From NCBI RefSeq assembly GCF_009914755.1, contig NC_060926.1: a stretch of DNA of 64,000 nucleotides. The stretch is one strand, 5' to 3'. Position numbers and translations under genes: made by a program. The notes under the pieces are model-generated. The model did not search any database, was not told the DNA's origin, and saw nothing but the letters and a program-made list of their open reading frames with translations. This document shows positions 18,171 to 32,500 of this stretch, piece after piece; within the stretch, counting starts at the first letter, position 1; the number at the start of each line of letters is the position of its first letter. Source of the DNA: the human T2T-CHM13v2.0 reference genome, Homo sapiens.

Positions 18171-18625
18171 TGTGTTAGGACTGGGTTTACTGTGAGTGAC
18201 AGAAAATTAAAAATGGCTTAACTTTATAGAAGTATATTTCCATCATACATGCACACACATGGTCTGAAGATGGAAGACTGATAGAATGGCATCACAAAGT
18301 CATATGGAACTGGCTCCTTCTCTCATGCTGTTGCACCATCCTATCTTCAGCCTGTGACACTTATCTGACAGTCCACAATAAAGATTCAAACTCTAACCAT
18401 CATCCCTGAATTCCAGCCAGTGGAAAAGAGGAAGTGAGAAAGACAGTGAACTCAAGAGTCTCACATGAGACTTCTACTTAGAGCTCAATGGCCAAAACCT
18501 GTGGCCTGATCCAGCTGTGAGGGTCATTCTTGGCCACGTTCCCAGCTAAAATGTATCTGTTCTGCCTTAAGTAAGGAAGGAAGGAAGGATCGATACTAGG
18601 AGACCATGTGCAGTTCTGTTACACA
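18171..18625 (-). mobile_element. MLT1J/K-like LTR relic
   Basis: TGTGTTAGG...GAGTGACAGAAA...GGCTTAAC...ACTTCTACTTA...TGGCCAAAAC...CTGTTACACA. Confidence 0.55.
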
Positions 18626-19832
18626 GTCATAATTAAAAATAATCCCAAAGCTTCTTCACCATAACCCTTAGAAGAGGCTAGCAGAAAAGACCAATGACTC
18701 TTTCCTACCATACCCAGATGGCTGACAATCAGCCTAGAGATATTACTCAACAGGTTGAACATGGATATACTGCAATCCACCAACTAAATTTACTTCAGAA
18801 GGTTAAAAAAATAAAACTTCTAAGGAAAGCAGAAAAAGAAAGAAGGGGAAAAAACTGGACAATTGATTGGATATGGGAATTTTAGTACTGCAAGTAGCCT
18901 GACAGACATACACAGAGGTCCCTGGAAATCAGGTCTTGAGGTTCCTCTAAAAAGCACAACCCTACACACACATACATACACCTACAGACATATACCCCTC
19001 ATACTCATATTATTGCAAGTCCACATGCTGATGCCAAGGCTGTCTATCTGAGACTTGGTCACAGCTAACTCTTAAGAAATACTGTCATTTCACAAAAGAT
19101 GGTTTCTATAAAAGCAACTTTCTTAGCACCGTATTACTCCTTTGATCACCAACAATCATGAACATGTAAAATATGTATTATCTGTGACTTTCTTTAAAAG
19201 TGCAAAACATATATTGAATGTAGAAGTGTTTTTCTTTTCTATCTTCTGTTGCTGAAGGTGGTGAATAGGTATAAAATTTTTTGACCCTTGCTTAAAAAGA
19301 AGATTTGAGGATTTGGGAGTTTGTGACAGCCGTTTCACAGATCTGGTGAACCAGCTAATCAGACTGCCAGTGAACCTGTTGCTGCACAAAGAAAAATAGT
19401 ATTTTTTTTCAGATAAGCAATTTCTACAAATTGGATAAATTAGTGTTAGATGAAATATGATTAAAAATACTCATGACATGAATAGCTCAAAAACCCTTGG
19501 AATGTATTGTAAGTGCAGAGCCAGTATGAAGGACTAATGTCTTTTAGAAAAAGTAAATTTAGCTGCTTATTTTAATTGCAAATAGTGATGAATTAGCAAA
19601 AAACTAATAATATTTCTTTCCCTAAAAGAAATGCTGAATCTTAGTGAACTAATAACTTAAAAATTGCCAGTGCAAGAGAAATATAATATACAGTAATGTT
19701 CACCAAATATTTAATTTGTTTCTCTACATTCTTCAGTTTTCTTGCTATTAGGCAAGACTAGTTTTGCCTAATAAAATGTAAATAGATGCCGCTTAATACT
19801 TCCAGTCTCAGGCAGTAAAAAGTGCAAGAGCA

Positions 19833-20136
<304 letters not shown>

Positions 20137-20140
20137 GTGC

Positions 20141-20931
<791 letters not shown>

Positions 20932-21759
20932 TAGCATGAATAATAAATTAACTTTTGTTATGCTTCTCTGATGAGATTGTCTATTACCGCAGCACAATTT
21001 AGCCAATTCTGTCTAAAATAGAGATCAACTAATCAAATATCTGGGGGAGAGCCAAGCTCTGAAATTAAAAATGAAACAAAGACAAAGCCTCAAAATCTCA
21101 GGTTCTCAATAGCTCTCTAAGCAGGGATTTTGCTTTAATTAGGTAAAGTTATTGCTAAGATGTTCTATCTAGCCTTAACTCAAGCTGTTTTATCTAACTG
21201 CCAAAAAATATTTCTCCTTAAATAGCTCTGGATTATTTGTGTGTCAACCAAGTCTACAAAATGGTTTTTGTTTATATAATATATTTTTTGACTGGGCTAC
21301 TTTTCCATTAAGTTGAATACAATTTTAAGGTAGATTCCTCTCTTGGATGCTGGATCTGTTAGTTCTCTGATAGGAAATTCAGCCTGTGCAGGCCAAATCT
21401 TTGATAAAGGAAATTATCATGGGTTAGGAAGAATACATTTCACGGATTCTGCCAAATTGCAAAATCTACTCTGACCATGTATTGGAAAATCCTCAATTAG
21501 GACCCAAACTACAAAATGTTAACAAGTCAAATTAGGAACTAAGAATGATAGTGAATTGGCTGCCTGAAATAATGAATTGATGGGGCCTGTGTCAAACTGC
21601 TGAGAAGGGCTTTTATTGTAATTAGCCTAAGGCATCTAGCTGTCAACCCTAAGCACCTGAGGGTGCTCTCTAATTTCCTCGGCTTTTCAGAGCCCAGAGA
21701 CATGAGGCTACCATCTAGGCAAAAGGTAACATTTATTGAGTATCTACAGTGAGCTAAAT

Positions 21760-22630
21760 CAGGAGTCCCCAAGCCCCAGGCCACATACCTGTAGGAACTG
21801 GACCACACAGCAGGAGGTGAGCAGCTGCTGAGCCAAGAAGCTTCATCTGTATTTACAGCTGCTCCCTATTGCTCCAATTATCTCCTGAGCTCCACCTCCT
21901 GTCAGATCAGCTGAGGCATTAGATTCTCATAGGAGCACAAACCTATTGTGAACTGTTCGTGCACGTCAGGGATCTAGCTTGTGTAAGCTACTTAAGAATC
22001 TAATGCCTGATGATCTGAGGTGGAACAGTTTCATCCCGAATCCATCCCTCTGTTACTGGAAAGGGGTCTGGATCCAGACCCCAAAAGAGAGTTCTTGGAT
22101 CTCACGCAAAAAAGAATTCAAGGTAAGTCTGTAAAGTGAAACGGAGTTTATTAGGAAAGTAAAGGAATAAAAGAATGGCTACTCTATAGACACAGCAGCC
22201 CTGAGGGCTGCTGGTTGCCCATTTTTATGGTTTATTTCTTGATTATATGCAAAACAACGTGTGGATTATTCATGCCTCCACTTTCTAGACCATATAGGGT
22301 AACTTCCTGAGGTTGCCATGGCATTTGTAAACTGTCATGGCACTGGTGGGAGTGTAGCAGTGAGGATCACCAGAGATCACTCTCATGGCCATCTTGGTTT
22401 TGGCGGGATTTGGCCAGCTTCTTTACTACAACCTGTTTTATCAGCAAGGTCTTTATGACCTTTATCTTGTGCCGACCTCCTATCTCATCCTGTGGCTTAG
22501 AATGCCTTAACAGTGTGGGAATGCAGCCCAATAGGTCTCAGCCTTATTTTACCCAGCTCTGATTCAAGATGGAGTTGCTCTGGTTCACATACCTCTGACA
22601 CTCCTACTCCCATGCCAAAAAGGTTAGTGT
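21760..22630 (+). mobile_element. MER1B (hAT-Charlie) DNA transposon, interrupted by MER41
   Basis: CAGGAGTCCCCAA...GAAGCTTCATCTGTATTTACAGC...TTAGATTCTCATAGGAGC...TGATGATCTGAGGTGGAACAGTTTCATCCC; 3' remnant GCCAAAAAGGTT after the LTR. Confidence 0.85.
22051..22600 (-). mobile_element. MER41A-like ERV1 solo LTR
   Basis: 550 bp with TG...CA ends; reverse complement starts TGTCAGAGGTATGTGAACCAGAGCAACTCCATCTTGAA and ends GACCCCTTTCCAGTAACA. Confidence 0.88.
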
Positions 22631-25600
22631 GCAAAATGCCTTACTATACGTTTTCCAAAGTAGACTTCCATTTTACAGAAAAGGCAACTGAGGCTGTAAG
22701 TAGTATCTGTGAGTAGTATCTCAAGAGACAGGGTCAGGATTCAACCTGGGGCCAGGCTTTCCCATCATTGCATATGGCAACATTGACCAACATGTAAATG
22801 AGTCTACGTATCTGTATTAATCTTAATGGAAATCTTCTGGCAGGAGGTTCTAATAAAAATTGGTATCATGTTTTTAACCAAAATATCTGAGTGTGTATGG
22901 ATGCATAATGTCACAGTCTCAATATGAAAAATGTACAGATTTTTGTGAAATTTTACTTTGGAATGGAAGAAACAGTAAGGCGACTCCAGGAGACAAGATT
23001 TATCACATTACATTCTTGCTGCACAATCAATAACGTGGAAGAATGCTAAAAGTTATAATTAAAACTAACATTGACACCTTGCTGGTGAGGACTCAGCACA
23101 GTGGAAAACATTTCTTTGTTCTACTCTCAATGCAGATTTTGCTTCTGAATAATGCAATTAAAATTTGTTTAGATTTTTGCTTCTATTTTAAAAAAATGTA
23201 TCAAAGAAAAGAACATAGATGGATATCTAAGGCATAATACTTTAATCTCATTCTTTTTCTTTTTAATTAGATTTGAAAACAATTAGTTTTTTTTAATGTA
23301 CATTCTTGATCAATAATCTTTCTGGTCATTGCAAATCCCCTTTCTTGGATATGTTACATGTATTTAGTCAGTGGATTCCTGCCTATTGCATATGAGCAAT
23401 ATTCATCTCATCTTTACCTTTGATTCTTACATTATGCAAACATGTAGAGACTTAAATCTTCCACTGAGGGGCTGGGGACAGGGGTAAGCTAAGAGAATTA
23501 CAACAGGAAGGATGATCTTTCTGCTGTTTCTGTAACTCTGCCACCTGTTTCTGTGCTTTTTAAGCAGAGACAACTGGTATACCAACTCTACATGGGCCAC
23601 AAGCTTCCTGAAAAGAGATTCTGAGCCCCTCGACCCAGGGGGCTTGCAGGAGGGGATGCTGCTAAGGGGGTTTGTTCTCTCAGGCTGAGGGAAGCCTCTT
23701 TCATTCACTTCCAGTGCTGTACAAATACTATCCTTTTTCCATCGTGTGCTATTTCTTAAAAGGTTTGAAAAATAGTGACTTAGAAGATGCAATTTTTGAT
23801 CTGTTTTCTTAACAATTAAATTGCTAAAATTAATTTTACTTTCTAAATGCAGGATGATGTTTTCATGTGAATAAGCCTGATTTTACTTTAGTAAATTTCA
23901 TCTGTAAAAATATAGTTCAGTGAGAACTGAAAAGCAAATATTACTGAAAGAAAACAACACGTTTCCTGAATCTTAGTAGGTAGCCAAGATATATTACCTT
24001 TCTTTCTTCTTTCCCTCTTAATCCTAATTTGTATCTGTGCTAAATGCTTACTAGGGTTTAAGTACTTTGTTTGAGGTCAGGCACCTTTTAAATTTACCCC
24101 AGTATCTACAGAGCCCTGAAAACTATGTGATGCCTTAATTGTTTCTTAAATGAAAGACATTCATTTCCTTATTTAAGAATTTTTATGTGCACTTTTACAT
24201 TTTTATTTTTTTCCAACTTCCTAAGAATTAGGGGACTATAGCTGATACTTTTGGATTTCATTCTCACTTCAACCTTTCTTGTTACATGATTCACTGTGAT
24301 TTCCCATCTCACTGAAATCATTCTCCAATTTCTCTTGGGGAATCACACACAAAAAAATTACCCTCATGCTCTGGCTCTAAATTCTTCTACAGAATATGGT
24401 TTTGATAGATAAACAAAGGTTTAAAATGCTTTCTTCTTTTATGTGTTTACTTAAAATGTCCAAAGTCTCAAGTTACTTAAGACTACTATAACCTGAAGTA
24501 AGAACTAGTTATTTAAAAAGAAAGAAAGAAAAAAAAACAGTAGTTATTAATCCAAATTTTAGATGTGCAAATCTACCAAGGAGGTTTCTTTTTGTCATTA
24601 TGTTCTCTTTTTTATTTTGTCTATGTTATATCGGAGCTGAAAATGTAATTTCCCAGTTACCTAAGTAAGCAAAGATTAACACAATAATTATAGTTTTCCT
24701 AGCTTTTCAGAATATATTATAGTAGATCTTTTCTTGCTCTCCAAGTTCTTTTTAGTTTTCTTTTTAATCCTTTCTTTCTATATTAACATTGTAAACTACC
24801 ATCTTCTAGCCATTTTGAGGGAATGGTATTTTTCTTTCTTTCTTTTTTTTTTTTTTTTTTGGCAAACAATAAAATTAGTTCAAAACCTTTGTTTCAAAGC
24901 AAAGAAAGGCTGTAGTCTTCTACCTGCCTTTATTCTAGGAAAAGCAAAACAAACCAAACATTTTTTCCTGTTACCCTCAGTCTTGTCTTTGAAATGTTTG
25001 TACAGTAGCTGATCTCTGTTAGGCCCCCTCTTGCCCTGAATAAAACTTCTATTTATAATGTCTATACATAATCCCAAAATGAAGGGAAAGGGAGAAGAAA
25101 ATTATATGCATAGAGCTTTATTTAGTCATCAGAATCGGAACCCAGAAGTGAGCTGGTCAACCAGAAGAATGGGCAGTGGGTAGGGCTGGAGAGTGTATTG
25201 CTTTCGGTATAAAGATAGCCTGTTTTCTGTTTGTGCCAATAAGTAACCCTCAATCCACTCATAGCCCCATTCAGCAGGAGCAAACTATCAATCACTATTG
25301 CTGTGCAGCTGGGAAGGTGTTCCAGGGTGGTCAGCTCATTCCATCTTCATCAGAGAGTGGCTGAGTGCAGCACTTTCAAAGGCTTGTTGTAAAACTGAGG
25401 CCCATTAAAAACAACAAATAGGTAACATCAGGGAGTTTTCAGCTCATGAAACCAGATTCAGCCATCTTATGTGTGTGTTCTGATTGCCTCCTAACTGCTC
25501 ATCTTCTTGACCAGCCTGCTGTCTATATGCTCTTCCACAATGACCTATTGAAAGCACAAGTCTGATGATGAAGTCTCAAAGACAAAGCCCCAAAGTCTAC

Positions 25601-26027
25601 TGTACACTGTAAAATACTTTTTATAAGATTTCCCCCTGTGTATGTCTTGACTGTTATCTCCACCTACCACTCATTATTGCTTTAGCAATATCAAACTCTT
25701 TATAATTCTTTGAAGTTTGACCTCTGTGTTTTTTTGTTTGTTTATTTGTTTTTTATCCTGGAAAGCCATTTGTCCTTCTGTGTTCCCAGGAGCCAGTCAC
25801 TTCCTTCTTTGTGCTATCTTTGCACTTTGCACATATATTTTTTATTGTATCTGTCATAGTATATCAAGTTATTTATTGACAAGTCTTCCACATATAGCCA
25901 TGTAAGATTTTTCCTGTCACAATTCCAGAAAACTCTATTCACTTTGCAGAATATGCCACCTGTCAGTGTGACAGCTCTGCCTTTACTATTAGTATTAATA
26001 ATAATAGCTGCTACTTATTGGACATAG

Positions 26028-26343
<316 letters not shown>

Positions 26344-26469
26344 GGTCATCTCATTTTATCTGCACAATAAAATCATGAAGTGAGCACCATTCCTACCTCC
26401 AGTTTATTGATGAGGAAACTCAAGAGCATAGAGCAAAACTTGCCCCAGGTCCCATCGTAGATTGTGACT

Positions 26470-27165
26470 GCTTCAAGAGCAAGGTCTGAGTCTAATTCTT
26501 CCACTATCTCTGGTGCTTAGCATAGCATCTAGAATACAGGGTCAGCGAAATACATGTTGAGATGAGTGAATAAATGAATAAATGGGAAGCCTAAAAGAGA
26601 AGGTGGTAACTCTCTTCAACTACTGGAAGGGCTTCATTGAAACCAGGACTCTTTTGGTTACATGAAAACCTGGAATGTGAATTAGTTCATGCAAAATGGA
26701 AGTTATAGACTCAAAGAATTTGAATAGTGTAAGTGGGTCCCAGAATGCGGGCAAATTCTCTGTCATTCCTTCAACAGTTTTCTATTGAGCACATACTCAA
26801 TGTCAGGCCCCCTGGGAGTTTGGGATACATTGGATCTCTGCCATCCTGGAGCTTATATTCTGGCAGAGGGAGACACATAATAAAAACACACATAACAATT
26901 AAGGTCTGGAGCATACTAAGGCAATATGTGCTATTGGGAAGAGGGAACTTAGAGCAGAGCAAAGGTGATGGAGTGTAAGACTGTGGTGTTCAGTGGGAAA
27001 TTTGGGAAGGAAACAGTGAAAATTGAGCAAATACTTGAAAGGGATGAAGGTTATCCAGGGGTATATCAAGGTAAGAACAACCTTGGCAGAAAGAATATCC
27101 AGACATAGTCCCTAAAGTAAGAGAGTGTCTGGAATTCCAAGAGACAGTGAGGATGCAATTTATCT
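26470..27165. mobile_element. L2 fragments (plus-strand 3' tail, then antisense L2)
   Basis: GTGCTTAGCATAG...TGTTGAGATGAGTGAATAAATGAAT tail; CATTCCTTCAACA..TATTGAGCAC on the other strand. Confidence 0.55.
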
Positions 27166-27169
27166 GGAG

Positions 27170-27379
27170 TGGGGTTACCAGATAAATACAGGATTCCCGT
27201 TGAGTTTCCATATTGAGGTGTCACTGTTATAGTCGGTAGTCAGTAAAGTATCTGTGGTAATATAAAATTACATGTATTGCATGGAACATGGTTACGCTTA
27301 AAAAAATTCATTTTTTAAATCTGATGTTCACATGTTAATTAAGTGTCCTGTATTTGTATTGCTCGATCTGGCAGCCCTA
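27170..27379. mobile_element. MER53 (hAT) MITE-like element
   Basis: Terminal inverted repeats TGGGGTTACCAGAT...ATCTGGCAGCCCTA and ATACAGGA/TCCTGTAT; 8-bp TSD ATCTGGAG / ATCTGGGT. Confidence 0.8.
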
Positions 27380-29560
27380 ATCTGGGTCAGAGTGAGAACA
27401 GGGGAAAGGTCTGTGTCTTGAGTCTCTGCCTCTCTCTGCTCATACCTGTTATTTCCCTACACACCAGTCCATCTTCCTCCATATGGAGGGAAACTTCAGG
27501 GCTTCGGAGCTTAATCCCACAAATTTTTCCATCAAAGAAGTCTAATTCACATGCAGGGGAGGACTCTGAGTGACGCAATATGAGCCAGGGACATTGTGGT
27601 AAACAGGACTAGGTACTGTGAGAGACTCAGCTTGGAACAATCACGTTGGATGGGGCAGCTACCATAGGACCCGCATGACTGTGGCTGAGAGAAGGAAAAA
27701 GTGTGTAGAGGGAGGTGAGCAGACACAGGATTTCCACACTAAGACACCTTGGCAGCTCCATGGTAGCAACTGCTTAATCAGATCCTCTGGTGGATAGAGA
27801 CAACCATGATACTTAAATAAAACCCACAGTGAACCTTCCAAATTCAAAGGTTTGAATGGATTTGAAATGTATTGCCTACCTATTTTTGTTAGTTTAAAGT
27901 GTTATCTCTCAAATTATTTCATTCATTATGCCAATAATGTTCATAATTGTTTTAACATATACCAAGTGTCTTCAGGAAGAGATGTTCTACAAGCATCCTT
28001 GGTAATGAATGGGTAGAGCTTCCTAGAGTTGATAATTTCCCACAAGATAGTCCACATGTCACTGATTACAATGTTAAGCTTCCTATCCTGACTTTAGCAC
28101 TGCTTGGATGGACATAAATGTTCTAGCATAGAATTACAATTCCACCTGGATTACAGAAGTTGGAATCATGTTACAATAAAAAAAAAAATGTTTGTATGTC
28201 CTCAAGGGTCTGCAAACCTGCAGTTCTCTGTCTCTCTCTCAAAGGCTTTGGATATACTGGTGATGGAATTCAAGCAATTTATCACCAGATTTTGTAATAC
28301 ATCTTGCTTGATAACTGTAATTATGAAGTGTCACCACTATAGCTGGCTGTTGGGGTGCTGAGGTGGAGAAGTCTCTGTGATGAAAGAAATTTACAAGCAA
28401 ACATGGGAGAGTATTTTCCTGGCAGGATAAGAAAAGGGTGTGTGAGTTCTGGTGTTCAGGGTTGTGGGAGACTGTTTGGCTCCACACAGCTGGATAGAAA
28501 TTATGCCCAGGGGTCACAGCCAAAACCCATCAGAAACTACACATTATAGTGTGAAGTGTCCTCTCTGTGCTCCCTGTGGAGTTGGGGCATCCTCATTTCA
28601 TACATCATTTATTCATCCCATGGAGGGATTTCACAAAGAAATGGTCTGGAATAGTTATCAAGCTGCTCGTGACACTCGTGTGTGTGGGCCCTCCATTTGG
28701 GGGACCACATCTCAACCACTTGGGTTTTGCACCACCGCTTTCTTTCATGACAAACCAACTTGCTTGTTAATGTGTCTATGAAATGAGCCTTTACATTTCT
28801 CTGGAGACCTACTCACCAGCCATACCCAGACTCATGTTTTTATTTGGTAATGTTGCTAGAATCACATTGACTGGAGGAAAATTGTGCTGGGCCTCTCTCT
28901 GTCATAACATATAAACACATGCTGACACGCCGCAAAGAAGAAATCCATTTGCCGGCTTTGTCAGCATAATAGCTTCCTGAGCACTTTCACAGGCTCTGCT
29001 TAATGACTCCAGCCACACATGGAAAATTCCTCAAAGATGTGCTTATCAAAAATGCTAAAATCTATCGTGATGCTTCGTCATTGATACTACTAATCATCTG
29101 ATCCTCAAGTGGTATGCAACGTGTCACTGGCTGTTTCCAGGCATGTGACAGAAAAAGCTCAGATGAACATGATTTTCTTATACCCTTATTTTGAAACACC
29201 AACAAGCTGCCCAGTCCTTTCAAGAACAGAGAAATTCCAAATAAACTGCACAAGGGTTCTATAAAGGTTGAGATGTGAGATTTGTTGGTCTTGGGCATTT
29301 GGAGATACCAGCACTGTTTTTCCTTTTTTCATTCTATTTAAACACTGCTCTTTGGAGCACCCACTGTGTGCCAGGCACTGTGTGGGCACTGGGAAAAGAT
29401 AGCTTCTATACCCCCTCATCATGGTCTTGGGGCTGGGGAAGGGAACAAAACTTTTCATCCTGTAGCGGTTTAACAAGCCCCTGCAAAGACTTTCTTCTCT
29501 GATGTTAGACCCGTTTTCCAGGGAATTTTTTTTCTTTCCCAAACCCCCAAAACATCTGAC

Positions 29561-29574
29561 CCGCAGGGGGGCAG
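29561..29574 (+). promoter_or_regulatory. Candidate CTCF-binding motif
   Basis: CCGCAGGGGGGCAG differs at one position from the CCGCGNGGNGGCAG core and lies in locally CpG-enriched non-repeat DNA. Confidence 0.55.
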
Positions 29575-32500
29575 CGCTGAGCTGCCTCACCCTTGAGCTC
29601 TCTGTTCCTGCGCACACTAAAGATAACCGGAGGCAGGAGGGGCCAGGGACACTTTCCCAGGGTAGATTTGTTCTCTTTGTCCCTTAGCCAAGGCGCCGTT
29701 ATGGAGAGGACGATGGTGGTTGTTCGGCTTGTTTGTCGGAATCCCTCCCCTCCCCATCCTTTGTTGTCTGTCAACTCAAACTCCTACCAGGACACATTGG
29801 GAGAAAAGCTGTCACCATGAAAGGCTTCAGCTGCCTCTCAGTGCCGCGTCGTTCTGCCAGCTCCCCCGGCCTGGGCACTGGCATGAACGCTGTGCTGCCA
29901 TTTAGAGGAAAATGAAAGGGCGCAATGAATAGAGTTAAGCCCTTTTACGTTTCCTTTTCAAGTACACCCCACCTCTAGGCACCCCCAAAATGGTATCCTC
30001 AGGTTTTCCTCGCCTCCTTTTTTTAGTAAGAAGACAATGGCCGAGAGAAGAAACAGTGCTGGTGAAACTTTAAAGGCTTCCACTGCATTTTCTGTACAAA
30101 TCCAGAATGCTGCTTAACATCGGAATAGGGAAATTTCCTCCTTTCACAATATTAATTTATGTAGGGCCTGCCCCAGTTTCCTTCCTCTGACTTAGTTTGA
30201 ATTGCCTTATATTCACTTAATGAAATGCAGTTTTCATTTTCATCTTAAAGATCGTTGTGAGTTTAGGGGAACCAGGCATAGGAGGTGGACTTGTCTATAT
30301 TAGGATTTCCCGATGTGAGGGTGAAATGTGTCTGGGTTAATAGGGCTCCTGCGTGGAAAGACAGGGAGAGAAGTTTTCCTTTTGCGCCTGAATGTTGCAG
30401 ATCCTCTCTCTCTAGCGTTTTCAGCAGGCTGCTGATTTTCAGTTCACTCACCTCTTCTCCCTCCTGGAGCAAGGCATTGCCACTGGGCCCAAAGGAAACT
30501 ATTTGTTATTCAGGTCTTTTGGGAACAAAACATAGATCATCATTAGCTACAACTTTAGACACTGCTTGTGTTAAAGAGAGAGAGGAAAAAAAAAAAAGGA
30601 TAAATTAGGGAGACTAGCATAAAACAATCAAAGCTCAATGAAATGTTGGTGTTAAGGATGACCTTTCATTTCCTCATCAGGTACACCTGTACCACTGCTG
30701 CAGGAAAAGTTTTCTTTTTTTTTTTTTTTTTTTTTTAAATAAATATCCTCATTCTTTATATTGTTGCATGGTTTCAGTTCTTTTATTTCCTCTGACTTAC
30801 TAAGTCTTTTTATTACTGTGTTCTCACTACACTTCCTCTAATGTTCATATTACTAGACATTCTTGGTAACCACAGCCTGTTTATGATGAAAAATAATCTC
30901 GAAGGGCAGAGCAGAAGGGAGTCCAAGGGTATTGTCGAAGTACTCCTTTGAAGCCCTTCAAGAGACTCCTGTCATCCTCTTCAGGCCCCCTTTTTTGGTA
31001 CTGCATGCTCCCCATGATGAATGTACTTACCCTGTCTAACTGATGGACTCAAACTTGAACCCATCCTTCAGTGCCCAGCAAGAGTTGACCCTCCTGTGCT
31101 AAACTTTGTGTGCTTTTGTCGACACATGTTCCCACTTCCTGGGCTCCCAAAACATCCTGTGTAAGTATGCTGTGGATATTGCCTTATATATCTCTCTCCC
31201 CAGTTAGATCACCAACTCCTGAAGAACAGGAACGATGGTGTCTTTCATCTTCAGAGCTGTGGTGCCTGGCACACAGTGGGGAGTCAGCAAATGTTTCCAG
31301 GTATGTTTAAATAGACTTCTTCCCACCTCTTTCTCACCCTTCCATTTTGCCTACATTTCTGCTAATTGACCCAGAGCATTTCCTTTATCTTCATCACGGC
31401 CCACTGAGATAATGATGCCTACCAAGCCTCTTTGAGAGTTTGAGGGATAAGAAAAGAATATTAAACAGGCTGTATGCGAGTGTGCTGGATGTTTTTACAA
31501 AGTGTGTACATAGATGGTAGTATTTTTATTGTTTTGCAAATTGGCTGCTCATAAGCTTTTTCCTAGCCCAGAATTGGAATCGCAAACTCATATTATCCTT
31601 AAGCAATTTACTTAATGAATGCATTGACACTCCTTTTTCTCATCTGTGAAATGCAGGAATTGAATGAGAGTCTCCCTAATATCTCTTTTAGATCTAGAAT
31701 GCTCACTGAGGATTAGCTTGATTGTGTGGGGCAGGTAAACTTGGTCTGGGAAGCAGAAGTAAAATAACATAGGCCCACCCAACCATCATGCACTTCAAGA
31801 AGCAAAACCCCATAAAGGGCCATTTTGATGAGTACTCATGGCTGCCAGCTGCGACTCCAGCCACAGTGACAGGGGCTGAGGGATAAATTGCCCTCCTCAT
31901 TAAGAAACCGCGTTGAGAAATGCACTGGGGTGAAGTCAGGGACAGAACACAGAACAGTGACAGTCTGCTCTTTTACTAACTGTAAATTGTTTCTTTCCTT
32001 CACTTGACATTATCTAATGCAATAACATGATAGAGTTTACTTTTAAAAACCAATTTATTGGGTTTGTTTCCATTAAATAATATTTGGCAAAATATAATGA
32101 ACAGTCCTTTCTCGGTATTGGTATTTTGGTGGATATCTTCTATTAGGTTGGTACAATTACCTTTATATAATAAAGTATTATATAAATTTACTTTTATGTA
32201 ATAAAGGTTACCCTAGAAGAAATAAAGTAATAGTATATAGTCACAACAAGGCTTAATATTTTTCTGATTTCGTTGTGCAGACTTGTTCCAGGCTAGGTTT
32301 TTCAAAACCTAACCATATGCAAAATGTTTAACATAGTAGCATTAGCCTGTAACATAAGTGATGGAAGGATTATTATTATAATTATACTTTTTAAAAAGAT
32401 TTATCAGTGGATATATAATTAGACATGTGCCAGGTCCAAAAAGAAATAAAGATCCTAAGAGATTTCCAGTGACATTGTACTTATAAGTAAATTTGTTATG

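Noticed and set aside
19156-19400. Minus-strand acceptor TTTTTCTTTGTGCAG with a 77-aa ORF
   Set aside because: No convincing downstream donor and no recognisable protein
29186-29915. Cluster of ORFs up to 143 aa on both strands
   Set aside because: Explained by higher local GC; no recognisable domain or exon structure
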